From Candidatus Woesearchaeota archaeon (GTDB taxonomy: Archaea > Nanobdellota > Nanobdellia > Woesearchaeales > UBA9642): DNA of 24,000 nucleotides. Location of the stretch: the NCBI GenBank assembly GCA_026002815.1, contig BPGB01000005.1:45960-69959 (forward strand). The letters run 5' to 3'. Of the stretch, positions 21,269-24,000 are shown piece by piece; position 1 is the stretch's first letter; the number at the start of each line of letters is the position of its first letter. Below the pieces are notes generated by a model, which saw nothing but the letters and a program-made list of their open reading frames with translations, searched no databases and had not been told where the DNA came from. The position numbers were made by a program, and so were the translations under genes.

Positions 21269-21817
21269 TTATTTTACAAAAGTATCATATAAATACTTCT
21301 TTGCTTTCATTATCAAATAAACTACAGAACTACCAGCAACTATTTTCTCAAGGGGACCTTTTGCATATTTATCAATAACCTCTGCTGCAACAAGAACAGC
21401 ATCCGCATAATTCATAGGATCAGCAATATTAGACTTATTATAATAGATATTATTCTTTATAAAATCACTAATCGGTTGACCATTAATATACCAAGTACTG
21501 TTATTATTAGATGATCCAGCATTAGATGATCCGTTATTAGACGCCCCATTATTATAATATCCGTTATTTGGAAAAATAGCATTATTAGGATAATTATTTA
21601 ATGTGTTTCCGTTACCATTCGAATTAGTATTTGCTGGATTATTAGACGGATCATGAGAGGATGTTTTCCGATATTTTCTTCTTCCATCGACATTGATTTG
21701 AGGAACTTTTTTTATGTTAGGAACATAAACATTTTTTTCAGGTTCATAAGTTACAGTTCCATAGTTTTTTTCCTTAGATTCATCGTACATATCAAAATAT
21801 CTTTCAAACTCATCCAT
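21269..21817 (-). CDS. Hypothetical protein with a central poly-Asn/Gly/Ser tract; third gene of the AAA+/VWA module
   Basis: ATG 21817 overlaps the upstream gene's stop (ATGGATGA), indicating translational coupling. There is a low-complexity N-rich region of about 50 aa (about 21490-21650) and a conserved-looking helical C-terminus (ADPMNYADAVLVAAEVIDKYAKGPLEKIVAG). The track's GTG start at 21826 is rejected. Confidence 0.55.
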   Translation of the reverse strand: MDEFERYFDMYDESKEKNYGTVTYEPEKNVYVPNIKKVPQINVDGRRKYRKTSSHDPSNNPANTNSNGNGNTLNNYPNNAIFPNNGYYNNGASNNGSSNAGSSNNNSTWYINGQPISDFIKNNIYYNKSNIADPMNYADAVLVAAEVIDKYAKGPLEKIVAGSSVVYLIMKAKKYLYDTFVK

Positions 21818-23318
21818 TTTTACCACACTCCCCTATAATGATTTTCGGTATATCGTTCTGATTATATATCTTATAAACATTAAAATTTTTAGAGATTATT
21901 GAAGATAAATCAGTATTCGGAGTTGGATCTATCCATAGAATGTTTATTCTGTTTGTTTTTTCTATTGACCTCAAATAATTCATAAACTCATCATAATTGT
22001 CTATCTGCATATCAGTAATCATTATTAAATCTGCTTTAGATTTCGCAGAATTCACTAAAGAAGATAAAACTGGTAAATCAACATAAGTTCCTCCGTTCTG
22101 ATGAAATGCTAAATTATCAAATATCTTCTCTCTTTCCCTGCTGAACTCTGTTATATATACTTCTGAACTAAAATTGTATGTTGCAACATAACTTTGCTTA
22201 TCTAAATACAATTTTGCGGCGCAAAAAGCGCCTAATACAGCAGGAGATAAATTAGTTTTAGGATTAATCATGCTCGAACTTGTGTCCAAAGCAATAACCA
22301 AATCAGGAACCGCATCAATATTTCCAGAGGTTGTTTGATCAACACTTTTCCACACCTGAGAGAATCCAGGCATAAATTTACCATAACTATTGAACACATC
22401 AATAGTAGAATAACTATCTGAAATTTCATACTTCTTATGCTCATTACTATCAAAACTGTTTCCTTTAAACTTTACAGAACTAACATTCATAAGATACTTT
22501 TTTGATTGTTGATCATAATATAACGTATCTACTTTTTCTGGTAAGGACTCATAATCTATTCCTGAAATAATAAGTATTTCCTTAAAATCAGAAATATCGG
22601 AATTTCCAGCTATTTCTTCTATGCCTTTCTCTATTTCTTCATCAGAATAACTACTGGCCCCCCAGTTGTCAATATTTAACATATCATTCTTACCTTCTTT
22701 TTCAAGCAAATCTTTAACAATATATGCAAATATTTTTGCAGATACCCCCCAATTATCTTTATCAAAATAATCTATTTGTTTTAATTTATTCAATCTATCT
22801 TTTAAATCATCATCTAAGGGTCCGATTTTAAAGTCATCTTTTGTAATGTCTTGATATAAACCACACAACAATATATCCAATGGATGCCTCTTTTCCATAT
22901 GCGTATAAATAACAGAAACTTCCTTCCTTTTTTTTCTAATCATTAAGTCCAAATTTATAACAACATCACTAAAATAATTTGATATATCATGAACTATACT
23001 ATCATTAGCAACTTCTCCTATTTGCTTCTCTAATTTTAATAAAGTGCTAAAATCATAAGGACAATACATATAGTGATTAACTTCATGATGTAATAGTCCT
23101 TTCAAAATTACTTTAGGATCAATAATGACATTATTGGAAAGAGCCCTATTAATAACATATTCAACAAAATTAGAATTAATAGTTATAAGATGATCCTCCA
23201 TATTTATGGCTGCAGTGTTAATCTCATTTGTCAATACAGGGTTTTCTAATGGAGGATAACAAAATAGTTTTCTCGTATCGTTCCAAGCTTCTTCCAAACT
23301 TTTTTCTAATGATTCCAT
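21810..23318 (-). CDS. VWA-domain protein with an N-terminal HExxH putative metallopeptidase-like domain (DUF2201-like architecture)
   Basis: C-terminal VWA fold with the MIDAS motif DLVIALDTSSSM (DxSxS), then GGTYVD and LIMITDMQ strands. The N-terminal region carries LLHHEVNHYMYCPYD (HExxH). This domain order is the one usually partnered with MoxR-type ATPases. Confidence 0.75.
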   Translation of the reverse strand: MESLEKSLEEAWNDTRKLFCYPPLENPVLTNEINTAAINMEDHLITINSNFVEYVINRALSNNVIIDPKVILKGLLHHEVNHYMYCPYDFSTLLKLEKQIGEVANDSIVHDISNYFSDVVINLDLMIRKKRKEVSVIYTHMEKRHPLDILLCGLYQDITKDDFKIGPLDDDLKDRLNKLKQIDYFDKDNWGVSAKIFAYIVKDLLEKEGKNDMLNIDNWGASSYSDEEIEKGIEEIAGNSDISDFKEILIISGIDYESLPEKVDTLYYDQQSKKYLMNVSSVKFKGNSFDSNEHKKYEISDSYSTIDVFNSYGKFMPGFSQVWKSVDQTTSGNIDAVPDLVIALDTSSSMINPKTNLSPAVLGAFCAAKLYLDKQSYVATYNFSSEVYITEFSREREKIFDNLAFHQNGGTYVDLPVLSSLVNSAKSKADLIMITDMQIDNYDEFMNYLRSIEKTNRINILWIDPTPNTDLSSIISKNFNVYKIYNQNDIPKIIIGECGKNG

Positions 23319-23360
23319 TTTCCTTCAAAAGTTTTAATTTGAATTATTAAATTAAATTCC

Positions 23361-24000
23361 TTACAAGTATAAATATTCTCTAAACACAGGATGATCAGAG
23401 TTTGAAGCAATATTTTTTGCAGCATTAATATCTTTTCTTATTATTGCATTTATCATATCTTCTTGAATAGGTTTTATCTCTGAGAATCTTTTTCTCATTT
23501 GCTCAACAGATTTTTTAGCAACATGCAAATGTAACGGATCTTTTCTTTCCTCTTCTTCAAATTGACTCAAATACTCTTTCTTAAATTGAGTTTTATGCCA
23601 TATTACATAAGGCAAAACTATCGCCAGATGTTCGCTTTCTACTTCAGATTTTCCAAACAACCACGCTAATGCAGCTGAATAATTCTTTAATGATGTATCG
23701 CTCCTAACAGAAAGACAATTACTCACTTTATTGCACAAATAATTAGAATAATGACAACCGGTCTTACATTGTTCATTGCTTCTTTTCTGACCAAAAACTT
23801 GACATGAAGCAAGTTCTGATATAATTATATCATAAAACAAATTACCATCCTTTCCTACTCGCATATTTAGTATTTCTCTTCTTGCCTCTTCTTGTTCATC
23901 AAGTGATAAAAGATCAACATTAATCCTTTCAACAAGTCTTTTATGATATTCAGATCTTAAATCTCTTATTTGATTATTAAGTTTAGCATAATCTTTTTCA
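23361..24000 (-). CDS. Putative MoxR-like AAA+ ATPase, C-terminal part (5' end beyond the window)
   Basis: The frame stays open from 23864 to the window end, so the track's Met at 23864 is internal. The segment LKNYSAALAWLFGKSEVESEHLAIVLPYVIWHK resembles the MoxR lid-domain motif (..A.A.A.L.GR..V...D....A..VL.HR). The P-loop is not in the window, so the call rests on this motif plus the VWA partner. Confidence 0.45.
   Translation of the reverse strand, partial: EKDYAKLNNQIRDLRSEYHKRLVERINVDLLSLDEQEEARREILNMRVGKDGNLFYDIIISELASCQVFGQKRSNEQCKTGCHYSNYLCNKVSNCLSVRSDTSLKNYSAALAWLFGKSEVESEHLAIVLPYVIWHKTQFKKEYLSQFEEEERKDPLHLHVAKKSVEQMRKRFSEIKPIQEDMINAIIRKDINAAKNIASNSDHPVFREYLYL

Noticed and set aside
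19157-22453. Shadow ORFs 19157..19405, 20602..20787 and 21653..21838, plus alternate-frame ORF 22268..22453
   Set aside because: The first three are antisense to better-supported genes. 22268..22453 is an alternate frame on the same strand, inside the VWA gene. No independent evidence supports any of them.

Overview
Strongly AT-rich archaeal chromosomal segment. The archaeal call rests on eL43/L37Ae, S17e, RpoP, Alba, prefoldin beta, Pcc1, Rad50, an intron-containing tRNA-Gln, and TATA-like promoters with both leaderless and GGAGGT/GGTGAT-led genes. I support about 38 genes: 4 tRNAs (Gln-CTG with a 40-nt intron, Pro-GGG, Pro-CGG, Arg-TCG) and about 34 CDS. The CDS include a truncated Lhr helicase, thioredoxin, a membrane metallophosphoesterase, AlaX, Ogg, a JAMM protease, a frameshifted U32-family gene, VKOR, nitroreductase, a DedA-like protein and a stand-alone Rad50. 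There is also a conserved rpl37ae-rpoP-pcc1-pfdB-UPF0147 operon and an rps17e-albA pair. Three real-looking genes fall below the ORF-track size cutoff: RpoP, a DUF5679-type zinc ribbon antisense to a listed ORF, and a 50-aa acidic protein. No CRISPR array, transposase or integrase was seen. The best candidates for something new are: (1) a translationally coupled module beside tRNA-Arg, made of a MoxR-like AAA+ ATPase with a Cys5 insert, a VWA protein with an HExxH motif, and an Asn-rich protein; (2) a high density of perfect 11-21 nt tandem duplications in almost every intergenic spacer, two of them starting inside tRNA 3' ends; (3) a tight cluster of four tiny co-oriented genes; (4) a membrane-tethered winged-helix regulator divergent from secreted glyco/lipoprotein genes; (5) an orphan protein with a CheD-like Cys/His pattern; (6) Rad50 without Mre11. 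All family assignments come from motif recognition by eye and need HMM or structure confirmation.
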